DNA of 64,000 nt from Catajapyx aquilonaris (lineage: Eukaryota), in contig JYFJ02001616.1 of assembly GCA_000934665.2 (NCBI GenBank), positions 1 through 64,000 on the forward strand, written 5' to 3'. Positions 13,222-26,103 of the stretch are shown here, in pieces. Within the stretch, counting starts at the first letter, position 1, and the number at the start of each line of letters is the position of its first letter. The notes under the pieces were generated by a model, which worked only from the letters and a program-made list of their open reading frames with translations, was not told where the DNA came from and ran no database searches. Made by a program: the position numbers and the translations under genes.

Positions 13222-14426
13222 ATGGGTAGCAGCTGCTCCTCCGGCCAAGGCCATAAGGACAAGGACAGTGTGTCGATCAAGTCGGAAGGGTGAGTTTGTA
13301 GTGTGTGTTGTGGTGCAGGGTACTTATCATTTTCTGTATTTGGTAGCTCTCCGTGCTATCAGGGACCAAAGAAGGAGGGGAAGAAGCAGCAGCAGAATCA
13401 TGCCGGTGGGTCCACCGCAGCTGTTCAGGCGCAGGCCAATGCGCACGCGGGCTCCCAGGGAGGCAACCAGGCGGGGGCCACCAGGCCATCGGCGTCGCCC
13501 CCGGACCGTCGCAAGGAAGGACCTGTCACTAGACTCATCAAGACTTCTGGACCCTCTGTCGTTTCAGGTGAGTGCATAAACGGTTGTCGTTGTGATTTGT
13601 TTGCATAATTCCCTGACGTATGTGAGCAAAGTAGGCCTGACAAGCTGAAATAGAAAAATTAGAGTGGAGGAAATTGGATTGATAGCCTTGATTTGTTTGT
13701 ACATTGCTCGCCCTATCAAAATTATATGTCACATTGGACCTTGGCGTAAGGAACTTGAAAATGAGAAGTGCAGGTTTCATTTACTAAGAATGTTAAAGGT
13801 AAATTAAATTCAGAGTCATCAGTTCATCTGCCACAAATACGGTATATTATACTGAAATATGCCTAACAAGAAAAAAAAATTTGAAGGCAGGAAATAAATG
13901 CGAGCATTCACTAGTGTATATAGAGTGCCTGTAGTCCAAAGTTGAAAAATAATCTGTGCCCCATTCGCAGGAGGGAAAGGGTGACTGGGAGGGATGGTGG
14001 GGATGCAAGTGCAATGTCTCAAACTGTTCTTTTGTGTGTTCTCCTTATGGTTAGTCTAATGCAGTGGTTCCCAAACTATGGGCCGCGGCCCACTGGTGGG
14101 CCGCGAGGCTCCTCCAAGTGGGCCGCGAGCTTTATTTTTTATTTTTTAACTATGAAATAATGATCTTGCGAAATGAGGAGCAAGAGCACAGTACGTAAAA
14201 AAAATACATATATTGTGTAGCATGATTTTTGCAGCTCTCAATAAGGGAGGTGACTCTCACTCAAAAGATTGGGTCGAGTCTTTTTCGCCCAGCTGTGACA
14301 CTTGACAAATTCCCTCAAATACACACCCATTCAAATCTCCCACATTCACCTCTAGGCTCGCGTGACCTTGAACTCCCCCAAAAAATTACGCCTGCGGCGG
14401 GCTTTCTCTCTCTCTCTCTCTCTCTN

Positions 14427-14459
<33 letters not shown>

Positions 14460-17400
14460 AGGTGGGCCGCGAGATATTTTCCCTATCTAATGTGGGCCGC
14501 GAGCAAAAAAAGTTTGGGAATCACTGGTCTAATGCAAATCCCTCTTGAGACAAAGCGGAGGGCTCCTCAACTCTGTGTAAGATGAAAGGGGAGAAATCCT
14601 GGGCTTCTGCCTGTTCATTACCTGCATACATTACCAAAGCACCACTCCGAATCCCTGAATTCTCATAACAAAGTTTCACAGTGCAATGAATTATGTCACA
14701 TAAATCTTTAAACGAATTTGTAATAACTTTGCGCTCTACATCGTAATTGGTTGCAAGTGTGTGATACAAGTAGATGATATTGAACAAAAATTGCAGCAAT
14801 TAAAAATAAGCAATTAACAACATATGGGCAGAGGCTAAATGAGACTGCTAGTTTCATGCTTCTGATAAAAGCTCTTATTTTGCATGAGCTTAATTTAAGT
14901 AACACCCACTAAGAAATACAATCATGCATTGCTATGTCTGGAAAACCGTCTGTTTATGTAGGAGCAATCAGTGGAGGGAAGTCCATGATTTCAGTAGTAA
15001 CTCTGTGTGTGTGTGTGTGTGGGCTGGCTAAGCCCAAGTTTACTGCGGTCACTTTGTCTCGAGTTTAATGTGAGTACTAGGTGGCTCTCAAAAATAGGCC
15101 AGGGGTTTACCCTTAATTTCCTCACATAGTAAATAAAATCAATAAGAATTACAAGGAAAAAAGTAGACAGCCAAATGTTATAAAAATGTTAGCATATATT
15201 GGGATATAAAATTATTATTACTGTACATTATTAAATTACTTCATTACATTACAATAACTTATTAGAAACATTGTCAATGGGTTGTGGACTGACTTGTTTT
15301 TGAACTAAAAGTAAATACGTTGTTATATATTGCTAAGTAGGTCATCAAACAAAAAGGCACAGTACAGTGAAATAACTGCCTGGGAAAGGTTTCATTGTGT
15401 GCCTTAATTTGATGCAAATCCCCTTTCCCCTAGTGAAATCCTGGTCCTTCATCGTGCTGCCATCTCACCCTCAAGACTAGACTTTCATGGGCATGACTGA
15501 TCACTTTCAGGAGATTCCATGTCCCTGTCATCTCCCACCACGGCTACACAAAGCCCACGAGATTTGGAACGCCTGGGAGAATACCCTGTCCCCAGAGAGA
15601 TTTTACAGCTGCCAGAGAACCTGCAGCACCTCTTGGCTGGTAGAGTGGCTGCCGTGAAGCCTGTCACTAAAGATAAGAAAATCACAATCTACATTTGTGC
15701 TGCTGATTCTCAAGGTATGTCAGTGATTGATGTACAGTATATTGCATCTTACTAATAAGATATCTTCCCTAGATTGCAGGCTGGAAAAAGGCATCCTGCA
15801 CACTAAAGTATATCCTGAACTGAGGCGCCATTGCCTGGAACTGGGCTACGAGCTGCACATTGCTGACCTCCACTGGAAGACCGAGCTAGAGAAGAAGCAA
15901 GATCATGAATTTCCAGAACTGTGCTTGGCAGAACTGAAGCGTAAGTGAATATGTTCCTTTGGTGACTCCAAAATGTTCTGGGTGTGGGGCTCAGCAACAT
16001 TTGGTCAGGCAGCCATAATTAGTCCTCATAGCTCAACGGGAGAGCAACGGCCTGACTTCTTTTGACCCTGTCAACAAAGAGGGGCTATCAAAAGAATGAG
16101 GGTTGGAGGTTCCAGGTTCAACTCCTGGTGAGGGCATTGGTGGCTTGTCCAAGTTGTCCTAAGCTTTATTTCACTACATTTGGGAGCACTTGAGCAACTG
16201 AGCTTGTGCTCATTTGTTCTGTGATAGTAAATCATGTTACATGTCGTTGGATTAGTAAAAGCAAGTTGGAAACTGGGATTGTGCTGATAATCTATTGTGG
16301 TTATAATATAGAGCAGCTTCAAACATTCCATGGTTTTGGTTTGCCATAAAAAATTTCAAGTTGCTCAGTAGCCATGAGTGGAAGATGGGAAGAGTAAAAC
16401 TGGAATGGGAGGGTGGGGTAGTAATGCAAAAGCATACCTCGCTGGACTGACAGGTCAAGTGGAGATGTCCTACGTGATACCGATGCTGTTCCTGAGCAAC
16501 TCGCTGGGTGCCCCTTTGCTGCCAAAGACAGTGGAGTGCCAAGATTTTGAGATGGCTGTGAAGAGCGCAGAGGGAAATGAGTCGAAGAACCTTCTGCAGG
16601 AGTGGTATGGTCTAGACTCTCACTCCCAGCCTCCATGCTACCGGCTGAAACCAATTGCTGCCCACATCCCAGATGTTCAGGCAGCTGATCCTGCCCTGAG
16701 GGACCACGCACTTGTTAAATGGGCTATAGTGGTAGATCGCATTTTAGCCTTGCTCTCCGCAGTTTTGCCGAAGGACCTCAGGGACACGTACCTCACCACT
16801 GTTGTTGAGCAGGTCAGTAGCACATCTGTATATGTTCTGTGCAGTTCCAAGTTGACACAGTTTCTTACTACCAGGAGGTGCACAACTCTGTGTTCATGAG
16901 CCGTGAGCTGGCCAAGAGATGTCTGTGGCTGTGCCGAGTGTTCACCCACATCCAGTCTCCAACAGAGGCTCAAGGGACAAAGGCAGAAATGGGCCCTGGA
17001 GCCCTAGAGCAGAAGCGTCGCCTCGAAGTCTTACAGAATGAGTTGAAGGTGAGTGTAAAAGGCTTTCACTCTCAGTACTATTATAGCAGGTGTGAAAACA
17101 TTTAATATTTAAAGGCTTAATATGAATAGACCTACTTCAGTTTCATACTATTAGTTTACATACTGTTGGATATCTCCTAAGTAATGTAATAAGTCTCACT
17201 CCTCTTAGCAGCATATTTAGTATAAGGAGAGCATGGTGAAGAATAACAGTGTGGTAAATTATTTGCAGAACTCAGTTTTGTTTGACAAAATAAAATGTTA
17301 TTAATTCTTGAACAGAAAATTATTACCACTGTGTGTTTAAGTTGAAAAATACAGGCATAATTATGCTTTGAAGGCCACCACAGAAAGCTACGCATGATTT

Positions 17401-20400
17401 TGAAGTATGTTGGAATGTTCAGTAGGCCCTCAAGAATTATTATAATCCGTGGGTGTTTCTCATTGTCTGAAATACGGCATCCTAATTTTTAATACAATCA
17501 AATAATTTATTTGTAGTGGTGGGGGGGGGGGGGGNCAATTGAACAATTGGTACAATTGAATCATGCTTTTACATATATGTGAGAACTTTTTAGGGGAATA
17601 GCAGTGAAGTTTCTAAATATCTTGCTTATTAGATGCCAAATCATATAGGCGAAGTGTTTCTCAGATTATTCTCAGCATATTAATTTTCTGCACTGTTGCA
17701 GGTCCAATTGTCAGAGAATCATATCCTTCGACTCCTTGTCCGATGGCATGAAGGTGGCTTGGATCCAACCCACACAGAACACTCACAGTACCTGGAGGAT
17801 GTGTGCGCCCGACTCCTGAAGCAGATGCGCTGTGTAATCAATGAGATTGCGGAGGATTACTCCTCCAGCACCTTAGAGCGTCCTGCTCTGGGATCAGGGC
17901 CCAAGTTTTTTAGGGAGCTGATGGTTCATACTTGTTTCTGCCAGAAGGCTGCCCAATGTAGTGTAGACTGTGAGGGAATACTGACCAACCTACAAAAATA
18001 CCTTATTGGTAAGTAGTGTGCAGTGCACTTTACTGTGACCATTGATACCACCTGAAACTTACACTATACAGGTGACAAGAAACACCCACTGGTAGTGGAG
18101 GGTCCTCCAGGCTGTGGGAAGACCAGTCTTTTGTCCCGAGCAGCCTTGCATTGCCAGACATGGGTGGGCAGCGCTGCTGTCTTAATCCGCTTTGTGGGCT
18201 TGACGCCTGAAAGTAGCACTACTGAGCAGATTCTGAGGGGACTGATTGAGCAATGTGGCCTCTGGATTGCTGGAAAGAAAGTGTGGGTATCGTGCCACAA
18301 CATGGAGTACTACACAAGTCTTCTGCAGAATCTACTGCAGCAGGCAGCACTGCACAGGCCACTTGTTATTTTACTGGATGGTCTGGATCAAGCAAGGGAA
18401 TATGGCACCTGTTCCACTGATTGGCTGCCTGCCCAGCTACCTGATGGAGTGAAGATAGTGGTGTCACTGGCAGAGGAATCCAGGCAGCTGTCAGAACTCC
18501 GTGGCAGACTGAAGGATGATGATTGCTTTTTGAAGGTATGTTTCATACTGTTTCATAATTTAGCGTGCGTCCATTGCATAAACCCACAAGTCCTATTGGC
18601 ACCTAAACGGGAGGACAGTGAAGAAGGTATAGTTTCCAAGGGGTTGCACTGGGAAAGTTAGGTTCTTCTGAACAACTAAAATTTGGCAGGCTCAGGATTA
18701 TCAACTTGATGTGGGAGAATATGCAACCTTTCAACTGATATGGATGTGAGCTAAATTATTTAACACAGAATATAATTGCACTGATATGTAACAAGGCATA
18801 TACACATCCCTTGATTTTGTGACAGATACCTCCACTGCAGAGATCATCAGCACAGGAATTGCTGGTGACATCAGTCATGCAGTACAATCATAGTGTTGAC
18901 AGTCAGATACAAGACTGTGTGAAGGACTGCCTGGAGCAGTGTACCTTGCCTCTGTATGTCAAAGTATTGGCTTGGCAGACCTCCTGCTATTCAGAACAAC
19001 CACATGACTTGTCTCCAAAATCTGGCTTGGAAGAAGAGATCACTGCCATGATGGAGGACATGGAGCAGACATTGGGCACCACCCAAGTGTCTCATACCAT
19101 TTCTCTCATGCTGGCCTCCAAACATGGACTGAGCGACTCAGAGGCTTTGGATCTCCTCTCAGGCGATCCAGCATTTGAATCGACTGGTGTCACTCATCTT
19201 TCTTGGGCTCCAGCATGCCTCTTTTGGGCTCGATTGCAGCGGAGGCTTGGACCATTTCTTGAAGCCAGGGCCTTTTGGCGGGATCGCAAAGTTTTCCGGG
19301 TGGCATGTAGGAGGTACTTAGGAAATGCAGAGCAGAAGGAGTGGGCTGCTTCTCAACTTGCCACTTACTTCAGGGTATGTCATGACTGCTGTCTGTAATC
19401 TTAGTCAAGTGCTAACATCAGCTCTTTACAGGGGGAACTATCAGTGGGAGAGGGTAGAGCACTACAAGTGACTGGCAACTACAAGCGCAAGCTGGATGAA
19501 CTGCCATACCAGACCTTCCGGGCTACTGGTAGCTTGAAGGAGGAATTTTTGTTCAATTGGGACTGGCTTTACAGCAAACTATCTGAATCTGACATCTTCC
19601 AGGTGAGGATTACCTGAAACGTGTTGGTAGATTTTTGCTTGACACCTGTTCTCTTAGGTCCTGGAAGATGCTAGGCTGGAATCTGATCCAGATGTAGAAG
19701 CCTTGCAGAAGGTTCTTGAACTGGCAGCAGAATCTCTTAGTTTTGATGGAAGGCAGCTGTATTCACAAGTAGTTGGCAGAGTCACAGAAGCTCAAGGGTA
19801 CCTGGGGCATTTATTAGCAGTTGCTCGATGTCCACCAGTGCCATCTCTTTTGCCATTGACTCCATGTTTGACAGCTGTTGGCATGACAACTGCAGTGGAA
19901 GAACCTCAGGTAAGACTTAAGAGAATTTGTAAATATTTATGAAATATTTCTTGGTGGTTCATGTGAAGATGCATGTATGAAAATGGATATTTGAGCACTG
20001 GGTAAAAGAAAACATGCTTTTTTCACTTACAAGGAAATAATTAGGATATCTTTTTATAGGCAATTCCATCAGAAGTGAATAGCATTTACCGGCTGCGGGG
20101 CAGTGCACGATTTGTGGTGACTCTTTCAACCAGTGGAGGAGAAGTGGGAGTGTGGGATGTGGTGAGCCAACGATCTGTACGCCTCCTGAAAGGTGTAGAT
20201 CACCCATTGGCTTTAGAGGCCACTGATGGCCTAAGCCGATGTGTCATCCTGTGTGGAAGGGAGTTACGCATATATGATCTGGACTCAGGTTGCCTAGTGA
20301 CACGTCTTAAGGGCGTCATGAATCAAAAGATGCCTTACTTTGGACTTCACAATCCTGAGCATGTAGTTGCTCTCTCCAGGAATCGGATGTATGTTAACTT

Positions 20401-21444
20401 GATGAACTTGGAATCTGGGGATTGTGTAGCTACTTTCAAGGTGAGCAAATCTATATTTGTATCATGGCAGACCAAGGAAGTTTCTGTCTTTGTTGAAGGT
20501 TGGTGAGGACAGATTTTTGGATTCACTGCTTGTCAGTGAGAATGGCAAAATTTTGGTGTGTGGGGATGAGACCCAAAAGCCATTCCCACTCCTGGTATGG
20601 GATCTGGCCTCACGAAAGCTGATGTATGATCTTCGCATCCCACACCATGAGTTCATCACGAGGTTGGCCGCCATTACATATGAAGGCCACTTTGTGTGCT
20701 GTGTTGCCAGGGTCTGTTTCATTTGTGTCCAGCTGTTCTTGCTTTTTATGCCTTGCAATAGTCTCACAATAACCCATTGCAGGAAGTGGATGAACCAGGG
20801 CCAAATTTCATCATTGTCTACGACCTGCAGAGTGGCACTTTGTTCAAGAAGTGGAAGTCAGGAGTCAGCACTGTGTCCATAGCCATCTCATCTCAGCAGG
20901 GCTGCGTGATCAGTGGTCTGGAAGATGCTCGGATCCTTGTTTGGGATTTGTCCACTGGTAAGTCGGCTTTGAGATCAACCTTTTCCATGATATGAGATGA
21001 AGTCTAATGTCAACCACTCTTCAGGCAATTGTAAGTGGACGTTGACATGTCACAGAGCACCAGTGGACACCCTGCGGCTGGACCAAGCGGGTGCCAGGTT
21101 TCTTTCTTGTGACTCGCAGGGGAGGGACAGGTCCCTCTGCCTCTGGGATCTCACTTCAGGTGAGCCATTCACCAGTCAGGTGGGATTACTGTGGCATAAC
21201 TCTTTTGCATCATGCAGGGTGCTTGCTGTCACTGTTCACCACTGATGAGCCAATTACTGCTTGTGAACTGAGCACTGATGGCCAGGCAGTTGTCCTTGCT
21301 CTGAGGGGACGAGCAGGAGTTACAACCTTGCTTCTGCGCCATCACAACTTAGTGGATGAGGTGGTGGATGCTAGGCCAGAAGAAGTGTATGGAAATGGTG
21401 AGAACACTGGAAAGGTGTTCCAGCTTGGGGCCGAGCCGCGGTGA
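13222..21444 (+). CDS. NACHT domain- and WD40 repeat-containing protein (NWD1/NWD2-like STAND NTPase), 16 coding exons, about 1355 aa
   Basis: Phase-consistent GT-AG exons: 13222-13289, 13347-13567, 15511-15714, 15773-15940, 16454-16812, 16875-17048, 17702-18008, 18072-18535, 18826-19374, 19432-19602, 19658-19909, 20060-20440, 20499-20711, 20783-20957, 21025-21159, 21218-21444 (sum 4068 nt, no internal stop). Walker A GPPGCGKT, Walker B VILLDGLD, NWD-type motifs (YPELRRHC, DLHW, LIRFVGLTPESS, RKLDELPYQ) and multiple WD repeats (VGVWDV, LLVWDL, ILVWDL, LCLWDL). The two most 5' exons are less certain than the core. Confidence 0.92.
14062..14526. mobile_element. Non-autonomous hAT (Charlie-like) MITE
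   Basis: TIRs CAGTGGTTCCCAAACT / AGTTTGGGAATCACTG, perfect 8-bp TSD GTCTAATG (14054-14061, 14527-14534), subterminal TGGGCCGCG repeats. Confidence 0.93.
16022..16136 (+). ncRNA. tRNA-like element with an extended anticodon arm (atypical intron-containing tRNA, tRNA pseudogene or novel tRNA mimic), inside the NWD intron 15941-16453
   Basis: Acceptor GTCCTCA/TGAGGGC plus discriminator A; D stem GCTC/GAGC; T stem CCAGG-TTCAACT-CCTGG; variable loop AGGTT; A box TAGCTCAACGG and B box GGTTCAACTCC; about 43 extra nt forming a hairpin where the anticodon loop should be. Confidence 0.75.
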
Positions 21445-24254
21445 TGGGTGTCTGGAACATCCACCTACCAACTTTCAGGCTTGCACCCCATATTAGCAAG
21501 GGGTTAAGGAAAGGTTTCACAAGCTGGGGTCCAAGGAATTTTGTGGAGGAGGGTGGGAACTTGGTGCACCATAAGAGCTGGACATTTTGGTGCTGGAAGC
21601 TTTTATTTTTTCCATCTCTTTTAACTGATTCCAAACAAAGCAAAACTTTAAAAAATCATCCAAAAAAAGCTTGTTCACAATGGACTCTTAGCATGCTGCC
21701 TGAGGAAGTAGCTTCTTGAGGGTGTGGTTCGCAATACTCTGTGTGCAAGAGAAGTTGGTTGCTTTTGTAGTAGCTGTGGCTGTTTCCTTGTGCAAGAGCT
21801 TAGTGCAAACTCAAGGATACTGCACTAATGTGCCAAAAAATATGTAATTAATATTTTGCTGTAACACTGGTTTAGGGACCCGAGTTTGTTACGTGCAATC
21901 TTAGCAGACCTGCACATATATGCGCAAAAAGGGGGGAAGGGAAAAATGAAAACGTGAAATGCAATGTCATGTGCCAAGGCAACTTTGCCACTTGGACTAG
22001 TTGGACCAACTGCCTTACTGTGTAGCAGATTGTGCAAGATGGCTTCTGAAGCCATGTTGCTGTTTGCTGATTCTGGTGCAGCTTCCTGAAGAGAGGTGGC
22101 TGCATCAGGACAGACCGTGAGGCAATGCGTCGAAAATACTGCAACCATGGTGTCTGCACTTGTGTGCACGTCTGCAAACAGACAGGCACTTGACTCCAGC
22201 TGGCCTGGAATTTTTTTTGGTGCAGTATGATCTGCTGAGAATAAACTGTACTCTTGATGGATGTTTGATTAGGCAAGTGTGAAAAGCCCAAAAATACCAT
22301 TTCTCTTCAGAAAAGAATTACCCTCTAATTGAAGGGTATTTAGAATGGAACAGAAGTCTTTTTACAATTGTATGTCCCCAAGTAATAAGGATCTGCAGTG
22401 AACTAAGCAGAATGGGATGCCCATGGGCCTTTTATTTCAAGCCAACTCTTACGTCATTGCTTTCCCTTGCAGATGTACAATTCCAAAAGAATTTTGTCCT
22501 TTCTTGTTGTGGGCACAAAGTCTGGGGAGGGAGCTAACTAGAAATGTGTTGCAAGCCTGGGACATATTTGACAAGGGCAAAAAGGGGGGGGGGGGAAACA
22601 AAAAACAAAAAACAGGTGACGCAAAGGAAGCATAACCATTCATGTTGTTGTTTGGTAATATGTCATCTTGACCAAATACGAGCTTTGAGGATGGGCTGCT
22701 TTGGTTTTGCCAACTTCATAGGACAGTTTTAGCGAGGCTTTCCTCCCGAGAACCAAATGTCACCAGAGCTGTTTCAGAACTAGCAACTAAAGTGGTATGT
22801 GTGATTCCGAGGACGTAATGTGCGGTACACCAGTGTTTCTCTGAAGCAGCAACCAATGGCTGGTAATTGACAGAGTTCTGTGTTGTTGATTGCTTTGCCC
22901 ACTTGTCCAGATGCCGATTGGGCATGCCAGCAAACTCGGTTGCGCAGTCACAAAAACATTTCTGATGCTTCCACAGTTGCAGGTTCAGGATATTCTTCCC
23001 TGAGTGGTCTGACCTGCAGGAGTGTGTGTACAAGTTGTGCCAATGACTGCAGTCATGCTTATTATTTTATTTTTTGTTTCATGAAGTGTGGATGTAGTTC
23101 ATGTCATTTTCCCACATGTCTCGCTCTCCAGTGTAGAACGGTCCAAAAGCACGAGACAGACTATGCCTCTTCTGGGACTAGGCATGGTTGTTGGGGAAGG
23201 AGAGTGTGTGCAGGAGTCTCATTGTGCGAAGTTACACAATTGTATAGTAACTAGTTCCTAGGAAACATGCTGGAGGGGTGGAATGACTGAGCGGGAACAT
23301 ACCAAAGTGATTTCAGGGTCCAGACAACACATAGATGTGTTGCAATTTCTGCACATACTACCTTTGTCAGTTGCAAGTTTGTCGTGAGCTTCATGGTTGT
23401 TGCTGGATCCTTATTTTACATGCTGCTCAGTCGGAGGTTTTATTTTATTTTTGGGTCAGAAATGCACAATTGCAAGGGCAGGCCCTGCTGCTCTCTCTCG
23501 TGGATTGTTCCCGAATTTTTCAAGCATTGTTCTCTGCCCTGTTATTGGCAAGTCAGCTGGGGCACTTGCATGTGCGTATGTGCGTGTGTGTGTATACACG
23601 TCAACCCATCTAGCAAGTGTTTATTTGCTCACTGTCTTTCCGTGTCCGTGCAATGGACCGCTTAGACCGACTGAATGTAGTGCAGCTGTAATAAAGCAAA
23701 ATAAAGGGTTCCTTTGGGAACTGCTCTGTTGGACAAAACTATTTCCAATTTAACTTTTGGGTTACCTTCACCTGTGGTCAAGTCTAGTTGTTCCACTCTT
23801 AAAGTCTGACATGAGTATAACTACATAATTCTTAAAAATGCAAGCTGTAATGGAGGTAGTCAAGGCATTGTACAGTACATGTGTGTGTGGTACAGTGGTA
23901 TAAAAGCTATCACCACTGTGTCAGACCTTAGAGTGCACTGATTGACCAATGGGAAGCTGGCATGGGGATGAAGAGCAAGTACTGGAACTGTGGGGACAGA
24001 TTTTTATTTTCATACAAGGAGGAACAATGCAATGATGAAACGATAAAAGTTGCAGTACAACAGTCATGTTTATGAGCTGCATGAACCAATAACAGCAACT
24101 TCAAGGGCAGTGAAACAATCTGAATAACTAGGCTAGTTGTGTGTAAGTATGTGGCAGTCAAAAGCAAAGAAGTTGTGTGTCACAGTTTGTACAGGCATGA
24201 CACATGTCAGCCATTGTCTTCAACATCTCTACTACTTTGCAAGTCCTTGCTTCT

Positions 24255-25624
24255 CTACTTAAACCGCCGGTAGTCCAACTGCGCAGGGCGAGCCCATGCC
24301 GCCAAAACAAATGATTCAATCTCACATTCATTCTCTCCTCTGACTATGCGGAAGAGTCCATTCTCACCCCAGGATGTGCCCCATGAATTTGCTGCCAGCT
24401 AGAACAAAAAATTGTTATTTTTCCAGTGATCATGACTGTATTGTCAACAGAGGCATACCCAGTATTTTGTTGACAACATTTCTCCCCAGCCAAGGATCCG
24501 GACTGAATGGTATCCTGTCCTCTCACCATCCGTCAGCCCGGACTTTCTATATATTCCTCCATTGTACATAAAGAAGTCAGCACTGACTCGAACAGTTGCT
24601 GTAAGAATAATTTTATCAGTCTGGAATATATAGAGTATGATGTTGATGTGGTTGATTACCTTGGACTGGGCCATGAGTACGTATCTCATGCATGATGTCC
24701 TCGGGCTTGGATGACAGGCGATATGCTGGCTGCATCCGAAAGAGCTCCCTACGATTGTCAGACAGACGACGGTTTCTACGTTGATTGGGGCAGGGCAACT
24801 TTTGCCTTGTGCTACCAGCAGCCCTTGGAGGCATTAGACAAGGGGGTAAGGAACCCCCATCTGAACTCTCATATGGGTAACAATCCTCTTCCACAACTCC
24901 AAAACGGCGCATATACATCCAAGCTCTGTCCAGGTAGCCTCCACTGCAACCTTGCTGTCCACGATTATTGCATGAGATTAGGTTCTGCACAGAGAGTGTA
25001 GGCTCTTCTCTTCCATTGGACTCGATTGCAAGTCGATCTCCTGTAGGGTATGTGCAGTTATAGCATATTAGGCTGCAAATTAACAGAAAAGTAGGCCTAT
25101 ACGACTTACCTGAGACATCTGCGGTTGAGAATGCCCAGGACGCACCACACCACCCTTGGTCTCTTGGTGGATGGATCTGAGCAGGCCACTTTTCACGGGC
25201 ATCAAAATGAGTTGGCAGTGAGTTAGGATCATAAGCCTGCTTGATGGGCCTCAGGTTCCTAACAGTTTGGTCAGGTTTCAGTGTTCCTAAGCGCTGGACC
25301 AAGCCATGCTTTAACTTGTGACCCCAGAAGAAGGAGTAGTTGGAGGCACTCCATGGGTACAGATGGCCAGAATTGATAGCATGCACGAGTTGGGGCTCAA
25401 TAATGCATACGTCTGTTTCGCACAAGAATTCCATTTTGGTAGGTTGCAGAGGAGACATCCCGCATTTGCTGCCAATGAACACTCATTAGTACATGGCCAG
25501 TGCTGCTCAGCATGAACCCTGCAGAACATTTTCTCCATTCCACCCAGTACTTACCATTCATTGCAATTATTTTTGATAACTTCTCCAAACTTGTAATGTT
25601 GTCCTCCATGGGTGCAGCCTTCTG

Positions 25625-25674
<50 letters not shown>

Positions 25675-26103
25675 GCATGGTGTCATATGCCTCTGCATTG
25701 ATGTGTACAGCAATAATTCATTACTGCCACTGACAGTATGAGTAAGACTGACCTTTTATTATTGGGGGAGGTACACCGGCACAAAAGGAGGCATAGTCAG
25801 GACAACAGTCAGGGCTGTGCGTTCTGTTGCAAAACTCATCGCAATAACAAACAGCAGTGTATGGTGGATCCAAGAAGCGTACGTTGCAGCCGTCAACTCG
25901 GAAGGGACAGCAACCATCAGGACGGGTGCTACAGTATTCTCCCTGTAATGGTCAGTATATTTGTTTTGTTTTTGTATCCATAGGGTTTTCTGCGAGAATA
26001 TTGGAAGCCGAGTCTATACCCTTAGATCATCTGCATATTGTGCTGAAACACTAGGTAGTATGACTAGCAGGCACGCCACCCAGCAGACTCCAGCGTTGGC
26101 CAT
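24255..26103 (-). CDS. TINAGL1: Tubulointerstitial nephritis antigen-like / Swim-like secreted peptidase C1A homologue (catalytically inactive), 7 coding exons, about 454 aa
   Basis: Exons on -: 26103-26020 (signal peptide [21 protein letters not shown]), 25942-25753 (somatomedin-B-like CYCDEFC...DCCPDY), 25621-25555, 25468-25110, 25040-24660, 24598-24459, 24398-24255 (stop TAG); sum 1365 nt. Cathepsin-B-like domain [23 protein letters not shown] (Ser in place of the catalytic Cys, diagnostic of TINAG/TINAGL1), [26 protein letters not shown]. Confidence 0.95.
25626..25673. repeat. (AAT)n microsatellite in TINAGL1 intron 2
   Basis: Direct inspection. Confidence 0.97.

Noticed and set aside
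12589..13254. 221-aa minus-strand ORF
   Set aside because: Non-ATG start, no recognisable domain, antisense to a GC-rich leader and intron.
16052..16101. Functional SECIS element
   Set aside because: It has the UGAN/NGAN quartet and helix but is intronic, lacks the preceding A of AUGA, and no modelled gene has an in-frame TGA.
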